DNA of 55,233 nucleotides, filler included, from Phyllobates terribilis (taxonomy: Eukaryota), in the NCBI RefSeq assembly GCF_046119375.1. It is 3 parts of 3 records of this genome, joined end to end, with 100 filler letters (N's around TTAATTAATTAA, not from the genome) between each part and the next. Parts side by side here need not be neighbours in the genome. Positions count along the whole stretch, not along the records: positions 10,636 to 24,569 come from NW_027362762.1; positions 24,670 to 55,233 come from NW_027362771.1; 1 more part is not named here. One strand, 5' to 3'. The first letter of the stretch is position 1. Every line of letters starts with the position of its first letter. The notes below the pieces were generated by a model, which ran no database searches, was not told where the DNA came from, and was given only the letters and a program-made list of their open reading frames with translations. Below, piece after piece: positions 24,061 to 36,652 of this stretch. The position numbers and the translations under genes were made by a program.

Positions 24061-24569
24061 CTGACAGGACCACAAATGCTCCCCAACCCTACAATTAAGG
24101 TATCATAACTACAACTACCATCCCACAAATCCTCTCTGACAATGATCGCACTAATATTACTATGCTACAACTACAGCTCTAGAACTCCTGACCTGCGACT
24201 ACTGCCCTATAAATAATCTACTACTTCCCTCCTTTAACTACCACTCTTCAACCATTATCCTACAAGTACTGTGCTACAACTACAGCCCTATAACTATTAT
24301 GCTTTCCTACCATCCACCCTACAAGTACCGCTCTACGACGACCACACTACAACCTACCGTCCTATAGCAAACCTTCAACTACCGCCCTACAACTCCAATC
24401 CTACAACTACTACTACGTCCATGATGCTACAACTGTTCTTTAACCTCTAACACACCAGATGGCCACATTCAGTGACTACACCATCCCATCAACCATCCAG
24501 GCTTCCCCAGCACCATGCTCCATTACTCCCCTGTATACCATGCACATAACTAAGGAGAACGCAGGGAAG

Positions 24570-24669
24570 NNNNNNNNNNNNNNNNNNNNNNNNNNNNNNN
24601 NNNNNNNNNNNNNTTAATTAATTAANNNNNNNNNNNNNNNNNNNNNNNNNNNNNNNNNNNNNNNNNNNN
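24570..24669. other. Second assembly gap with the same linker
   Basis: 44 N + TTAATTAATTAA (24614-24625) + 44 N. Confidence 0.95.
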
Positions 24670-25066
24670 GCGCTCTATGTGAGCGGCGTTTTGTGCATGC
24701 CCGGAAACTCAGGGAGCACAGTGCACGTCACAGGGCCTGTCACAGGGTCCTGTGACGTGCAGGGGAGGGGGTGGGGATATGATAAATACACACAAAGGCA
24801 GGGATTTAGGGGAATAATAAGCAGATAGTCGGGGATTGCTTGGTGTCCCCTGGACGCCAAGCCTGTACAAACTAGAATTGATAAAAGCGCTTTTCTCTGC
24901 AATCAAACCTCTACTATGGGCCATACAGGTATGTATAGATTCACTTTTCTATACCCTGTATGGCCATAGTAGAGGTATGATAACTCCAAAGTGGTGACAA
25001 ATTCCCTTTAAACACACAGAGTGCCAAAATGAAAAACTTGGACAAAGTTGCAGGCCAGCCAGTATA

Positions 25067-25559
25067 CAGTATAATGTGCCCCACATAGTCCTCCATACAG
25101 AATAATGGGCCCCACATAGTCATCCATACAGAATAATGGGCCCCACATAGTCCTCCATACAGAATAATGGCCCCACATAGTCCTCCATACAGAATAATGG
25201 GCCCTACGGTGTCCTCCATACAAAATAATAGGCCCCACATAGTCCTCCATACAGAATAATGGGCCCCACATAGTCCTCCATACAGTATAATAGGCCCCAC
25301 ACAGTCCTCTATACACTACAATGGGCCTCACATAGTCCTCCGTACAGAATAATGGGCCCCACACAGTCCTCCATACACTATAATTTGCCCCACATAGTCT
25401 TCCATACAGAATAATGGGCCCCACATAGTCCTCCATACAGAATAATGGGCCCCACATAGTCTTCCATACAGTATAATGGGCCCTACATAGTCTTCCATAC
25501 AGAATAATGGGCCCCACATAGTCCTCCATACAGTATAATGGGCCCTACATAGTCCTCCA
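25067..25559. repeat. 31-bp minisatellite, left part
   Basis: Unit GCCCCACATAGTCCTCCATACAGTATAATGG. Confidence 0.93.
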
Positions 25560-27702
25560 TCTATATATATAATCGTCTTATCCCGTCTGTCTGTCTGTCT
25601 GTCCAGGAAATCCCGCGTCGCTCATTGGTCCGGCAGCAGCCAATCAGCGCCGCGGGATTTCTGAAAAAAGATGGAGGCCGTTAGCGGCTCATCTGCGGGA
25701 CGGAGCAGAAACAGCAGAAGGAACCCGACCGCCGGACCCATCTGCGGGACGGAGATGCAGCCGGGAGATGAGCGGCGCGAGGCGCTCATCTCCCGGCCGG
25801 TAGCAGCGGAAGGACCGCTGGCGCCGCTGACCTCCATGCGGAAGAGAGGACCGGGGAGCGGCGCTGCAGGTCGGGATACTTCTCCTGCGAGCGCCCGCTC
25901 ATGTCCCGGGTTCTGGTCCTCACCAAGACGATTCGATGATTGGTCGCGGTCTTCGGACCCGACCAATTGCTGATCTTAGCGGAAAAGTTAAACACCGCTG
26001 TGCTGATTGGTCGCCGACGCTGCCCGCGACCAATCACCGATTTGGGCGCCACATTTAAATATCGGGCGCGACCAATCAGCACAGCGGTGTTTAAATCTGG
26101 AGCCAAGATCGGTGATTGGTCGCGGCCGATATTTAAATTTGGCGCCCAAATCGGTGATTGGTCGCGGGCAGCGCCAGCGACCAATCAGCGATTTTTAACA
26201 CAAATGTCTGGACCTTTGTAACACCATGCGGATACTGTGGGGACATCAGCGGCTAGGGTGTGAAGGGAGGACCGGGAAGCGGCGCTGCGGGTCGGGATAC
26301 TTCTGCTGCGAGCAGTCGCTCATCTCCCGGCTTCTCGCAGCGGAAGTATCCGCACAGGCAGCGGCGCTCCCCGGTCCTCACTAATACGATTCCGCTCCCC
26401 GGTCCTCACCAATACGATTCGCTGATTGGTCGCGTGCGGAGAGCACGACCAATCAGTGATCTTGGCGCTAAAGTTAAACACCGCTCTGCTGATTGGTCGC
26501 GGCCGCTGCCCGCGACCAATCACCGATTTGGGCGCCACATTTAAATTGCGGCCGCGACCAATCACAGATCTTGCCGCCACATTTAAACACTAATGTGATG
26601 ATTGGTCGCGGACGCCAGCCGCGACCAATCAGCGAGCTTGGCGCCAAATTTAAACAACGCTCTGCTGATTGGTCGCGGATGCCGGCCGCGACTAATCAGC
26701 ATTATTGGCGCCAAATGTAAACCCCGCTCTGCTGATTGGTCGCGGTTGCCGGCCATGACCAATCAGCAGTATTGGCGCCAAATTTAAACCCCGCTCTGCT
26801 GACTGGTTGCGGTTGCCAGCCGCGACCAATCAGCGATTTTGGCGCCAAATTTAAACACCGCTCTGCTGATTGGTCGCGGCTGGCGATTGCGACCAATCAG
26901 CATTATTGGCGCCAAATTTAAACCCCGCTCTGCTGATTGGTCGCGACCACCGGCCGCCACCAATCAGCAATTTTGGCGCCAAATTTAAACCCCGCTCTGC
27001 TGATTGGTCGCGGTTGCCGGCCGCGACTAATCAGCATTGTTGGCGCCAAATTGCCGGCCGCGACTAATCAGCATTATTGCCGCAAAATTTAAACACCGCT
27101 CTGCTGAATAGTCGCGGCCGTGACCAATCACCATTATTGCCGCAAAATTTAAACCCCGCTCCGCTGATTGGTCGTGGCCAGCGAACGTGACCAATCAGCA
27201 TTATTGGCGCAAAATTTAAACCCCGCTCTGCTGATTAGTCGCGACCGCCGGCCGTGACCAATCTGCGATATAGCCGCCAAATTTCAACACCGCTTTGCTG
27301 ATTGGTTGCAGTTGCCGGCCGCCACCAATCAGCGATTTTGGCGCCAAATTTAAACACCGCTGTGCTGATTGGTCGCGACCGCCAGCCGTGACCAATCTGC
27401 GATATTGGCGCCAAATTTAAACCCCGCTCTGCTGATGGGTCGCGTTCGCTGGCCGTGACCAATCAGCATTATTGGCGCCAAATTTAAACCCCGCTCTGCT
27501 GATTAGTCGCGACCTCCGGCCGTGACCGATCAGCGATATAGGCGCCAAATTTAAACCCCGCTCTGCTGATTAGTCGCGACCGCCGGCCGTGACCAATCTG
27601 CGATATAGCCGCCAAATTTTAACACCGCTCTGCTGATTGCGCCCTGTCGGCCGCATACATATTCTAGAATACCCGATGCATTAGAATCGGGCCACCATCT
27701 AG
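25560..27702 (+). mobile_element. Non-autonomous Helitron
   Basis: 5' TCTATATATATAAT and 3' CTAG, with hairpin CCCGAT/ATCGGG (27672-27691) just before the end. Inserted between A (25559) and T (27703) of a 31-bp repeat unit with no TSD. Confidence 0.85.
25985..27650. repeat. 67-bp palindrome-containing tandem array inside the Helitron, about 24 copies
   Basis: Unit is GCTGATTGGTCGCGG...CCGCGACCAATCAGC plus a linker like ATTATTGGCGCCAAATTTAAACCCCGCTCT. Confidence 0.9.
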
Positions 27703-28712
27703 TATAGTATAATGGGCCCCACATAGTCCTCCATACAGTATAATGGGCCCCACATAGTCCTCCATACAGTATAATGGGCCCCACATAGTCCTCCATACAG
27801 TATAATGGGCCCCACATAGTCCTCCATACAGTATAATGGGCCCCACATAGTCCTCCATACAGTATAATGGGCCCCACATAGTCCTCCATACAGTATAATG
27901 GGCCCTACATAGTCCTCCATACAGAATAATGGCCCTACATAGTCCTCCATACAGAATAATGGGCCCTACGGTGTCCTCCATGCAAAATAATAGGCCCCAC
28001 ATAGTCCTCCATACAGAATAATGGGCCCCACATAGTCCTCCATACAGTATAATAGGCCCCACACAGTCCTCTATACACTACAATGGGCCTCACATAGTCC
28101 TCCATACAGAATAATGGGCCCCACACAGTCCTCCATACACTATAATGTGCCCCACATAGTCTTCCATACAGAATAATGGGCCCCACATAGTCCTCCATAC
28201 AGAATAATGGGCCCCACATAGTCTTCCATACAGTATAATGGGCCCTACATAGTCTTCCATACAGAATAATGGGCCCCACATAGTCCTCCATACAGTATAA
28301 TGGGCCCTACATAGTCCTCCATATAGTATAATGGGCCCCACAAAGTTCTCCATACAGTATAATGGGCCCCACATAGTCCTCCATACAGTATAATGGGCCC
28401 CACATAGTCCTCCATACAGTATAATGGGCCCCACATAGTCCTCCATACAGTATAATAAGCCCCACATAGTCCTCCATACAGTATAATGGGCCCCACATAG
28501 TCCTCCATACAGTATAATGGGCCCTACATAGTCCTCCATACAGAATAATGGGCCCCACATAGTCCTCCATACAGTATAATGGGCCCCACATAGTCCTCCA
28601 TACAGAATAATGGGCCCTACATAGTCCTCCATACAGTATAATGGGCCCCACATAGTCCTCCATACAGAATAATGGGCCCTACATAGTCTTCCATACAGAA
28701 TAATTGCCCCAC
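27703..28712. repeat. 31-bp minisatellite, right part
   Basis: Same unit as 25067-25559. Confidence 0.93.
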
Positions 28713-30169
28713 ATAGGAGCGGCAGTTCTGGTGTCGAGGGCAAAATATAACCACCCTGCTGGCCGGAGTTTGACACGTGTGCTCTAAAAATATATGAAAA
28801 TATGGAAAGGAGACCAACAAGTCGGAGGGCAGAACTGGAGGCTACCAGCAAAATGATGGCATAAGCCTGGGAAAGCTTTTTTCCAGAGTTATTATTCATA
28901 CTGACAATGGGCATACTACTAAGGACAAGACAAAGTTGATGTAGAGAGATAGAAAGATAATGGCTAGAAGCCTGCAGTGATGGAGTCAGGCCAATAAGGC
29001 CGTATCTCAGATGCTTGAGAGATTGTGTAAAGGCTTCCATGTTATAGGGACACGTGCTAGAACATTGTCACAGTCCAGGGAATGAAGCGGCAGACCAGCT
29101 GGCAAGAAAATAAGACGGCAGGGTTTCCCTAAGAAAAAATAAAATAAATAGAAATGTTGGCTATTCTTGAATGTTTCTTACTACGTCTTCTGATGTGATT
29201 ATTTACATAGTAAATATATGGTAGGCCACAATGTGAATATATTTTTAGATTTGTATAAAAGGCAGTCCATTTGGCTCATGAATTCATTACGCTTAGTGTG
29301 TTCTGTTCTTGCTATAAATGCAGCTGGTTACGTAGGTAAACATGGAAAGTGCCCTGGGCTCACACTTGTGCCAACTTACAAATATTTTTCACAGCATGAT
29401 ACCCTTCACCAACCTTGTGTTAGCTAAAACGTGTGCTGAAAGGAGAAATGCAATGCTGGAATCAGAGTGCATGGATTTCACTGTTCTAGGAAACCTGCCA
29501 CCTTTTAATGCTTTCCAATGTATAGACAGCCTGGTACAGAGCAGGAGGAGCTGAACAGATTGATCGATAGGAAAAAAATTCAGCACAAAGTTACCTTCAC
29601 TCGATGAGTTTTTGATGCTACACATTTTCGCTCACACAACAAATAAAATCTCTGCTTCCTTGGGGAGTTTTTGATTTTTGGTTTCTGAAGCCATTTCAAA
29701 CATGTTTTCAAGCTCTTTTGCTGATTATTTCTGATAGCGTTTTTATGCAGCATTTTCTTTGGACAGTATTTAATTTGGAGCATTTTCCCATCAGGAGACT
29801 CTGCAAAGAAGTGATATTCTTTCCTACCACAAGGCATTTTTCAAAACCTGAAGCAGAGCAAAAATGATCAAAATGATGAACATATAAACAGCAAGTCTTT
29901 TTATAATAGAAATAAATAGGATTTTTCAGACATGTTTAGGCGTGGATGACAAAGAAGACGCTTCAAGAAAAACATCACCAGCATTTTCCTGAAGCATCTT
30001 GCTGTAGCAAAAACTACACAGATATGCCGGTATCCATAAGCAAGGCAAGCGTTAACAAGGAGGTAGAACTGGGCAATTGCCCAGGGTATACCACTCTCTT
30101 GGGGACACCCAGCATCTACAACAGGAGCTAAGCTGATAATAGCATTAAAACAATTTAAAAAAATAAAAA

Positions 30170-30587
30170 TATACATATTTAGTATTGCTGCGTTTGTAAA
30201 AGTCCAATCTATGAAAATATAAAGTCAATCCGAATTTTTTTTCACCACTTAAATAAAAACAACTGTACATGTTTGATATCTGGGTACTCATACTGACCTG
30301 GGGAATCATATTGTCAGGTGAGTTTTACCATACACTGAAGATGTTAACTACAAAATGAAAAAAAAACATTGTGGAATTGCACTTTTTTGCAATTTCAGTG
30401 CATTTAGAATTTTTTTCCCGTTTTCCAGGACACTATGGTGTCACTGAAAATTACAACTCGTCCTACAAATAACAAGCCCTCATAAGGCTATGTGGACGGA
30501 AAAATAAAAAAGTTATGGTTCTTGGAAGACGGGGAGGAAAAAGCAAACATGAAAAAACAGAAAATCGCCCGAGGGTTAAGGGGTTAA
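30170..30587. mobile_element. Fragment of a non-autonomous piggyBac-like element
   Basis: Ends GGTTAAGGGG|TTAA at 30583; no transposase ORF. Confidence 0.45.
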
Positions 30588-30770
30588 AATCCTTGTAATA
30601 GTCATATAATTGCAGCATGAGCGCTCCCTGCAGGCTTTATTCTTTAGATGTTCATGATGGGTTTATTAACTAAAAAAATAATCATATCCATAAAATGTAA
30701 TTAGGGTTAGGGTACTGCCTTAATTCCTAAATATGTAGACAGTTATCAGGCAGAACTTACAAGGCATTAA

Positions 30771-31192
30771 AGAGGTTTTTCAGTGAACAAAGTACATTTT
30801 AATCAATAGATCTTGGAATACTAATAACTTCCACAATTGGATGTGTTTAAATAAAATGTTCCTGTGCTGAGATAATCTTATAAATGTGCCCCTGCTGTGT
30901 ACTGTGTAATGGCCGTGTCTGACTGTGCAGGAACATAGTCTGATCATACCACATCTCCTGGACAGGGGAGGAAGCAAAAGAGTATACAGACATTACAGCA
31001 GGGGATCAAAAATGATTCTTGTTGTGAGGCAAAACATTTCACTGCCTGGTTTAAGCAAAATTTTACCTGAAAGAAAGAATAACTTGCAATCCCATCCTGT
31101 CCTGTGTATACTCTCTTTTACTTCCTCCCCTGCCCAGGAAATGTGGTATGATCAGACCATGTTCCTCCACGGTTAGACACGGCCATTACACA
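30771..31192. mobile_element. Truncated TTAA-type palindromic MITE
   Basis: TTAA at 30767-70. About 30900-30990 is inverted at about 31105-31192. Confidence 0.5.
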
Positions 31193-31974
31193 AAAAATCC
31201 AAAATTTGTAAGAAAAAAAGAAATGTTGCCATTTTCCGAGACCCGTAGCGTCTCCATTTTTCAGAATCTAAGGCTGGGTGAAGGCTTATTTTTTTCTCCC
31301 TGAGATGACATTTTTATTGATACCATTTTGGGGTAGATACATTGTTTTGATCACCTCTTATTGCATTTTATTGCACTGTTGCGGCAGCCAAAAGAAAGTA
31401 ATTCTGGAGGTTTGATTTTTTTTCTCATTACGCCGTTTAACGATAAGATTAATTTACTTTATATTTTGATAGATCGGACATTTCTCAACGCAACAATACC
31501 AAACATGTGTTTTTTTATTTTTTTAAAACTTTTTTTTTTAAAACTTTTTACTGGCTTCAATAGTCCCCTTGGGAGACTTGAAGCTGCGATTGTCTGATCA
31601 CCTGTGCTATGCTATGTGTAGCATAAATCATGATCTCCTATGAAGTCCGGCCACACCTTCTGCAGAGCCCCGGCTGTCATGACAACCTATCGGTGCCCCG
31701 CGATCACGTGACAGGGGCGGCGATGGGTGTGTCTTGTGACGTGCTTCTGCTTGGTGTGTGTTAAATGCCGCTGTCAGAGATTGACAGCGGCATTAAACTG
31801 GTTAACAGCTGCTGGTGGATCTTGGATCCACCTGCGGCTGTTAGAGGTACATGACAGCTGATCAGATCAGCTGTCATGTGCAGGGAAAGATGCGGGCTCA
31901 GCGTCGGTGCCTACATCAAATGTAGGGAGACGACCTTGGACGTACCTATATGTCCAAGGTCGTTAAGGGGCTAA
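31193..31974. mobile_element. Fragment of a non-autonomous piggyBac-like element
   Basis: Ends GGTCGTTAAGGGG|CTAA; subterminal palindrome GACCTTGGAC...GTCCAAGGTC. Confidence 0.45.
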
Positions 31975-32989
31975 TAATTCAAATGTAACTTTTTGTATAA
32001 AACTTTAGAAATTTAGAAACTTTTGTATAAAGACTTTATTATGAAATATATAGGAGCTCTTTGTTAAAAATTACATTTAATTAGATGATCCTATGAAAAC
32101 ATTCTTCTTACTGACTCTTCAGTTTGTAAAACCTATTTTATTAAACATTTTAGGTAATTCTTAATTAATATAAGTATTCCAGTGTTCAGAATCCTCGTCT
32201 CTTGGTCAGAGTATAAATAAAAAAAAGTGGTTACAAAGAGCATCTCTCTCTGGAGGACCCGTCCTGTATTATGCAGACAGCCCAGTGATGTGAAGACATA
32301 CTGTATATATGTATGTATGTATGTGCTCTGTACATGTGTGTATGTGCTCTGTATATACATACAAATATATATGTGTGTGTATGTGCTAGGTGTACACATG
32401 CGTATGTGCTATGTGTGTGTATGCATATATGTTTGTGTGCTCGATATGTACATGCTTGTGTGCTATGTGTGTATACATAAATATTTGTGTGTGTGCTCGG
32501 TGTGCTGTGTGTGTGTCATATACAATGTGCTGTGTGTGTGTCATATACAATGTGCATCCACATCCACATGCATAAAACCTGGCACCACAGACAAGAACTC
32601 AGAGGTATAAACATGTCAGCAATCGCCCAATGAACAAGGAAAATGCTGCTCATTCCTCTGGTGATTGGATTGTTTATGGCAGAAGAAAAATCATTATTCT
32701 CAGCAGCACAACTCCCGCTGTAAACTACAGATGTGCTGCTGATAACATGATACTTTAGACTGATCTACTGGTAATTGTTCTGCCCCCATCATTCTTCCTC
32801 AGCCGGTGTAGAGAGGCCGGTAAACCAGCGCCGAATGACTTCAATATTGTCGATCTGACTCATTTAATGGCCTGAACTCAGCGAATGTAAATGTAACCTA
32901 AATGTTTCTGTGTGTGGTGCAATATGTGAGCATTTAGGGCCTCACTTTTCCCAGGGCCCCACTTTGTCTAAAATCATCCCTGTCTTTAA

Positions 32990-33830
32990 GGCTATGTGCC
33001 CACGATGCAGAAATACTCCGGATTTTTTCCTGAGTGTTTCTGCATCTCCCTGGCAGAAAAAAACGCATGGGGATTGTACATGCGGATTGTACATGTGGAT
33101 TGTACATGCGTTTTCCTGCCAGGGACAACCGGATGTGAAGCGTTCTTCACATGCATTTCCGCATGCTGGTTGTCAAGCGCTTTCCAAGCGATTTTAGCAT
33201 CACTTGTAAAGTGCTTGTCAACTTGGTCACACTATATAAATCCATGCAACCGGCATGGATTTATATAGTGGGACCGAAAGAATGGTAAAAAAATAAAAAA
33301 TAAATATTATACTTACCTTCTGATGGCCCCTGGTGTCCTTGTCTCGGCTTGCAAGCAGCTCGTGGTAGACTAAAGGACCTGCGGTGACGTCATTTAGTCA
33401 TGTGACGGGTCACGCGACCGCCGACACGTGGGCCATCAGAAGGTAAGTATAATGTATATTTTTTATTTTATTCTTTTTTTTACAGGTTCTTTGGTACCCG
33501 GGTCCGGAGGAGAGTCTCCTCTTCTCCAGACCCAGGTACCATCTGCACATTGAAATGCATGTTATCCGCATGTACAGATGCATTGATGCGGGTGACATGC
33601 GTTCCAATGCAAGTCAATGGCGGCGAAAACGCCGCGATTCCGCAAAATAATTGGTAGTGCTGCGTTTTTTTCCGCAATGATAATCCGCAGCCGAAATTTC
33701 CGCAGCATGTGCACAGCGGATTATCATTGAGGAACATGGCAGACCTTCTACCATGCGTTTTTTTAAGTGTTTCTGCAGTGGAATTGCCGCTGCGGAAAAC
33801 GCTTAAAAAACGCATAGTGGGCACACAGCC
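32990..33830. mobile_element. PIF/Harbinger-like MITE
   Basis: TAA|GGCTATGTGCCCAC ... GTGGGCACACAGCC|TTA; homologous to the reverse complement of 16488-17368. Confidence 0.72.
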
Positions 33831-34207
33831 TTAGACACTGTAAAGTTTTGAAGCTTAACTGCAAAATCCATGTCAAAATGGTCTATGTGACCATACCTTT
33901 ACATTTAATTTAGCAGTAGTGTTCTTGAAATCTAACATGTGGGCTCTATCGCTGACACAGATATGGGTATTTTGAGGTTTCATACAGTTTTTCTAGTGTT
34001 TTTAGGCATGTAAAAAAAAAACATATTTTGTGTATTTTTTTTAAGTATTCTCTTTTGTTTGTTTTTTTCTTGTATGTTTTTTTCACACATTTATATATTT
34101 ACATGTGCTATAGAGAAACCTGTGGCAATACATGTCACACCTACAATATGCTGTTTGTTTGTTTTCTTTAAAAAAAAGAAAGAAAAGAAAGCAAGGACCA
34201 AAAAAAG

Positions 34208-34307
34208 CTGAATTAACGAGCCATCTGCAGTTTGCCTGTACCATCCGTGTGTACTTACACGTCCATGGCTTAATCCTTGAGACAAGCATATGCTACTGGC
34301 AGGATCA
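34208..34307 (-). pseudogene. Diverged 100-nt fragment of the 5' end of 18S rRNA
   Basis: Minus strand TGATCCTGCCAGTAGCATATGCTTGTCTCAAGGATTAAGCCATGGACGTGTAAGTACACACGGATGGTACAGGCAAACTGCAGATGGCTCGTTAATTCAG aligns with the conserved 18S start, with scattered substitutions. Confidence 0.88.
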
Positions 34308-35341
34308 CCCTAATGACCACGATAATCTGACCAAAAAAATCCACAAAAATGCATGGTTTGAACTATTGACTTACAGTAAGCATCTAGCTATAGTGTTTTC
34401 TTATTTTTCCTAACAGATTTATTGGTCCTGGGGGAGAGGGGTAAGTTTGGAGACTCAGTTATGTTTTTTTTTGTATATAGCACAATAGTTTGGGCTCCAT
34501 GCCGGGAAGATCCTATAGGTTGTTACAGGGACGCCGTGGCTGACCCTGTTATTGTTATTTTATAGAGGTTGTCGCTGTTATCAGGACACTTAGGTTGTCA
34601 CTGATACGAGGGCATTTTGGTTGTCAGAATATCAGGGTGCTGTGGTTGTCAGCTCTTGGTCACTATGCCTCACTGATGTGGATAACTATGGCTGCCTCTC
34701 TCATACAGGTACTATCACTTACTGTTACTGAAGCACTGACTATCCCTGTTGTATTCACATTCCAGCCAGAGAAGTAGCTGGAAGATGTGACAATACCCAT
34801 AATACCAACCATGCATAGACAATAAGAAATATGCTATTTCCATAGGTGTATAATTATGAAAAAGACTGGCTTGATCAATTGTTCCCATATGCTTAATAAT
34901 GCTTTCACAGGTCATATTCTAAAACAATCATGTTTCTGATGACATTTAGGGGACTAGCCAAAGCCTTAATTCCCTAAAAGAAATATACTACAGTTGAAAA
35001 GTCATCAGTTTTTTTTTTAATTCTTTTCTTTGAATAGTTGTACTTGACCAGCAGGTGGCACTCTATTCCAGTGCAGTACTTTTTACACGCTCATTTCATT
35101 ACAGGTTTTTAAAGTGATTGCTTTAACTTAAAAAAAATATATATTAGTGTAAAAGAAGTAAAACGCACCTTACTAATACCTTACTGTTCAGGCACTTCCC
35201 AGGTCCCCCTCCAGTATGTGCCCCCTGGTCCCTCCACATGGGGCAATTTGAAATATCCATGTCAGTGCGACCAGAAAGTACAGACATTAGTGGGAACCAG
35301 AATAGAAGGACCTAAGCTAAATCTGTTGACCTTGTGGATTC

Positions 35342-35600
35342 ATGTATACAGATAACCAGGATCACATTTTTCAGTCTCTTCAGAAACTCTCAGCTAGTTT
35401 GGAAGCCTCATCTCCTTCTGCTGCTACACTAACACCTGCTCCTCTGCCTCCACCAGCTCATTCCATCCCTTCTTTTATTCTGCACAGCCCAGATTTTCTA
35501 CTTCCTACATCTTTGAAATATGATGGTAAACCTAAGTGAGGGTCTCAACCAGTGCATTATTCTGTTTGACATTCTGGTTAAAGATCGAGGGTCTACAGGG
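35342..35600 (+). mobile_element. Decayed Ty3/gypsy gag remnant
   Basis: LKYDGKPK* followed, after a frameshift, by GLNQCIILFD, resembling the gypsy gag motif KYDG.PK.CRGFLNQC.I.F. Confidence 0.45.
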
Positions 35601-36169
35601 GACCTTTTCTCCTTATGGAGAGTGCAAAGTCGGTGTAAGGACACTTATAGGCCATGGAATGTTCCTCTGGGAATTGAAGTATGCAAATATCCTGTTCCGA
35701 GAGGAAGATCACTACAACTCTGGTGCCACCTATTATCACTAGATTTCTTGAAGCCACACAGCAAAGGAGCTGTCAGTCAAGCAGCAGAAGACAGCGCTGG
35801 GTGAGGAATAGAGGCGGAGTGACAAAGGCTTGAGAAGAGCTTCCACACATTCTAAACACTCATTGAAATATCATACACCGATTTCGGTAATGGACAAATG
35901 GACTAGTCAGCTAAAGTTATAAATAGTCTTGAAGGTGAAATCTTGATAGCAGATTCATTTTAAGCTATGTAATACTGTAAAATGTAGTTCATGCACCCTT
36001 CAAGAGTATTCCTTGATGTCACTTAGCTTCAATAGACTTTGAGACATGTCGTAAGGTTATATTTTTTTGGATGGGATGCAGATACTATAATTAACCATCT
36101 CCTTCTGAAAATCACAGCAACTGAAGATGACCGGATAGTATATAAAGTAAATTGGCTGTCTTCAGCTAA

Positions 36170-36652
36170 GGCTAAGTTGACATCTCCAGTAATCATCCAG
36201 CGGCAATCCATTGACAAAAAAAGTTGAGCAGACACAACTTTTTTGTCCACCTGAAAAAACTGATTTCATCTGGATCCATTTTTTCCACTAAAGTCTATGA
36301 AAAACGGATCTGTTAAATAGCCATCCGTTTTTCTCCCATTTGAAAAGGATCTGTTTTTTGCTTACTGGAGTAGGAAAAGTAAATATGTAACATATACTGC
36401 TGGACATGAACTTTCAAGTAATCATTCATTTGATACTGATCCAGTAAGCAAAAAACAGATCTTTTTCAAATGGGAGAAAAATGGACGGCTATTTCACGGA
36501 TCCTCTTTCCATAAACTTCAATGTTAGAAAAACTGAACCAGTTTAAATTTTTTTTTTTTTCAAGTGGCAAAAAAGTTGTGTCTGTACAACTTTTTATTTA
36601 TCAATGGATTGCTGCTGGATCCGTTCTGATTACTGGACATGTGAACAGAGCC
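36170..36652. mobile_element. Palindromic Harbinger-like MITE
   Basis: TAA|GGCTAAGTTGACAT ... ATGTGAACAGAGCC|TTA; the two halves are inverted copies over most of the length. Confidence 0.65.

Larger units (their letters stand above)
25014..28781. mobile_element. Non-autonomous hAT (Charlie-like) element filled with a 31-bp minisatellite
   Basis: Right end GGCCGGAGTTTGACACGTGTG. Imperfect 8-bp TSD CTTTAAAC (25006-13) / CTCTAAAA (28782-89). Left TIR is degenerate. Confidence 0.5.
24993..29113 (+). pseudogene. Decayed intronless RNase H1-like sequence in two pieces (24993-25013 and 28790-29113), split by an insertion
   Basis: Removing 25014-28789 gives in-frame GDKFPLN-IYENMERRPTSRRAELEA. Later segments are VIIHTD, *KDNG*K, NKAVSQMLERLCKGFHV and HVLEHCHSPGNEAADQLARK*, collinear with RNase H1 (HPLN..RQTNQRAE, VLYTDS, WKKNGWK, LERLTQG, HV.GH...GNEEADRLAR). 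At least four frameshifts and several stops. Confidence 0.7.

Noticed and set aside
25985-27650. CRISPR-like look (palindromic repeat plus spacer)
   Set aside because: The linkers are copies of one another rather than unique spacers, there are no cas genes, and the array lies inside a eukaryotic Helitron.
28090-29040. 316-aa minus-strand ORF
   Set aside because: Mostly the 31-bp repeat; the unique part is the antisense of the RNase H-like relic.
34208-34307. Functional rRNA gene
   Set aside because: Only 100 nt, diverged, with no ETS, ITS or remaining 18S sequence.
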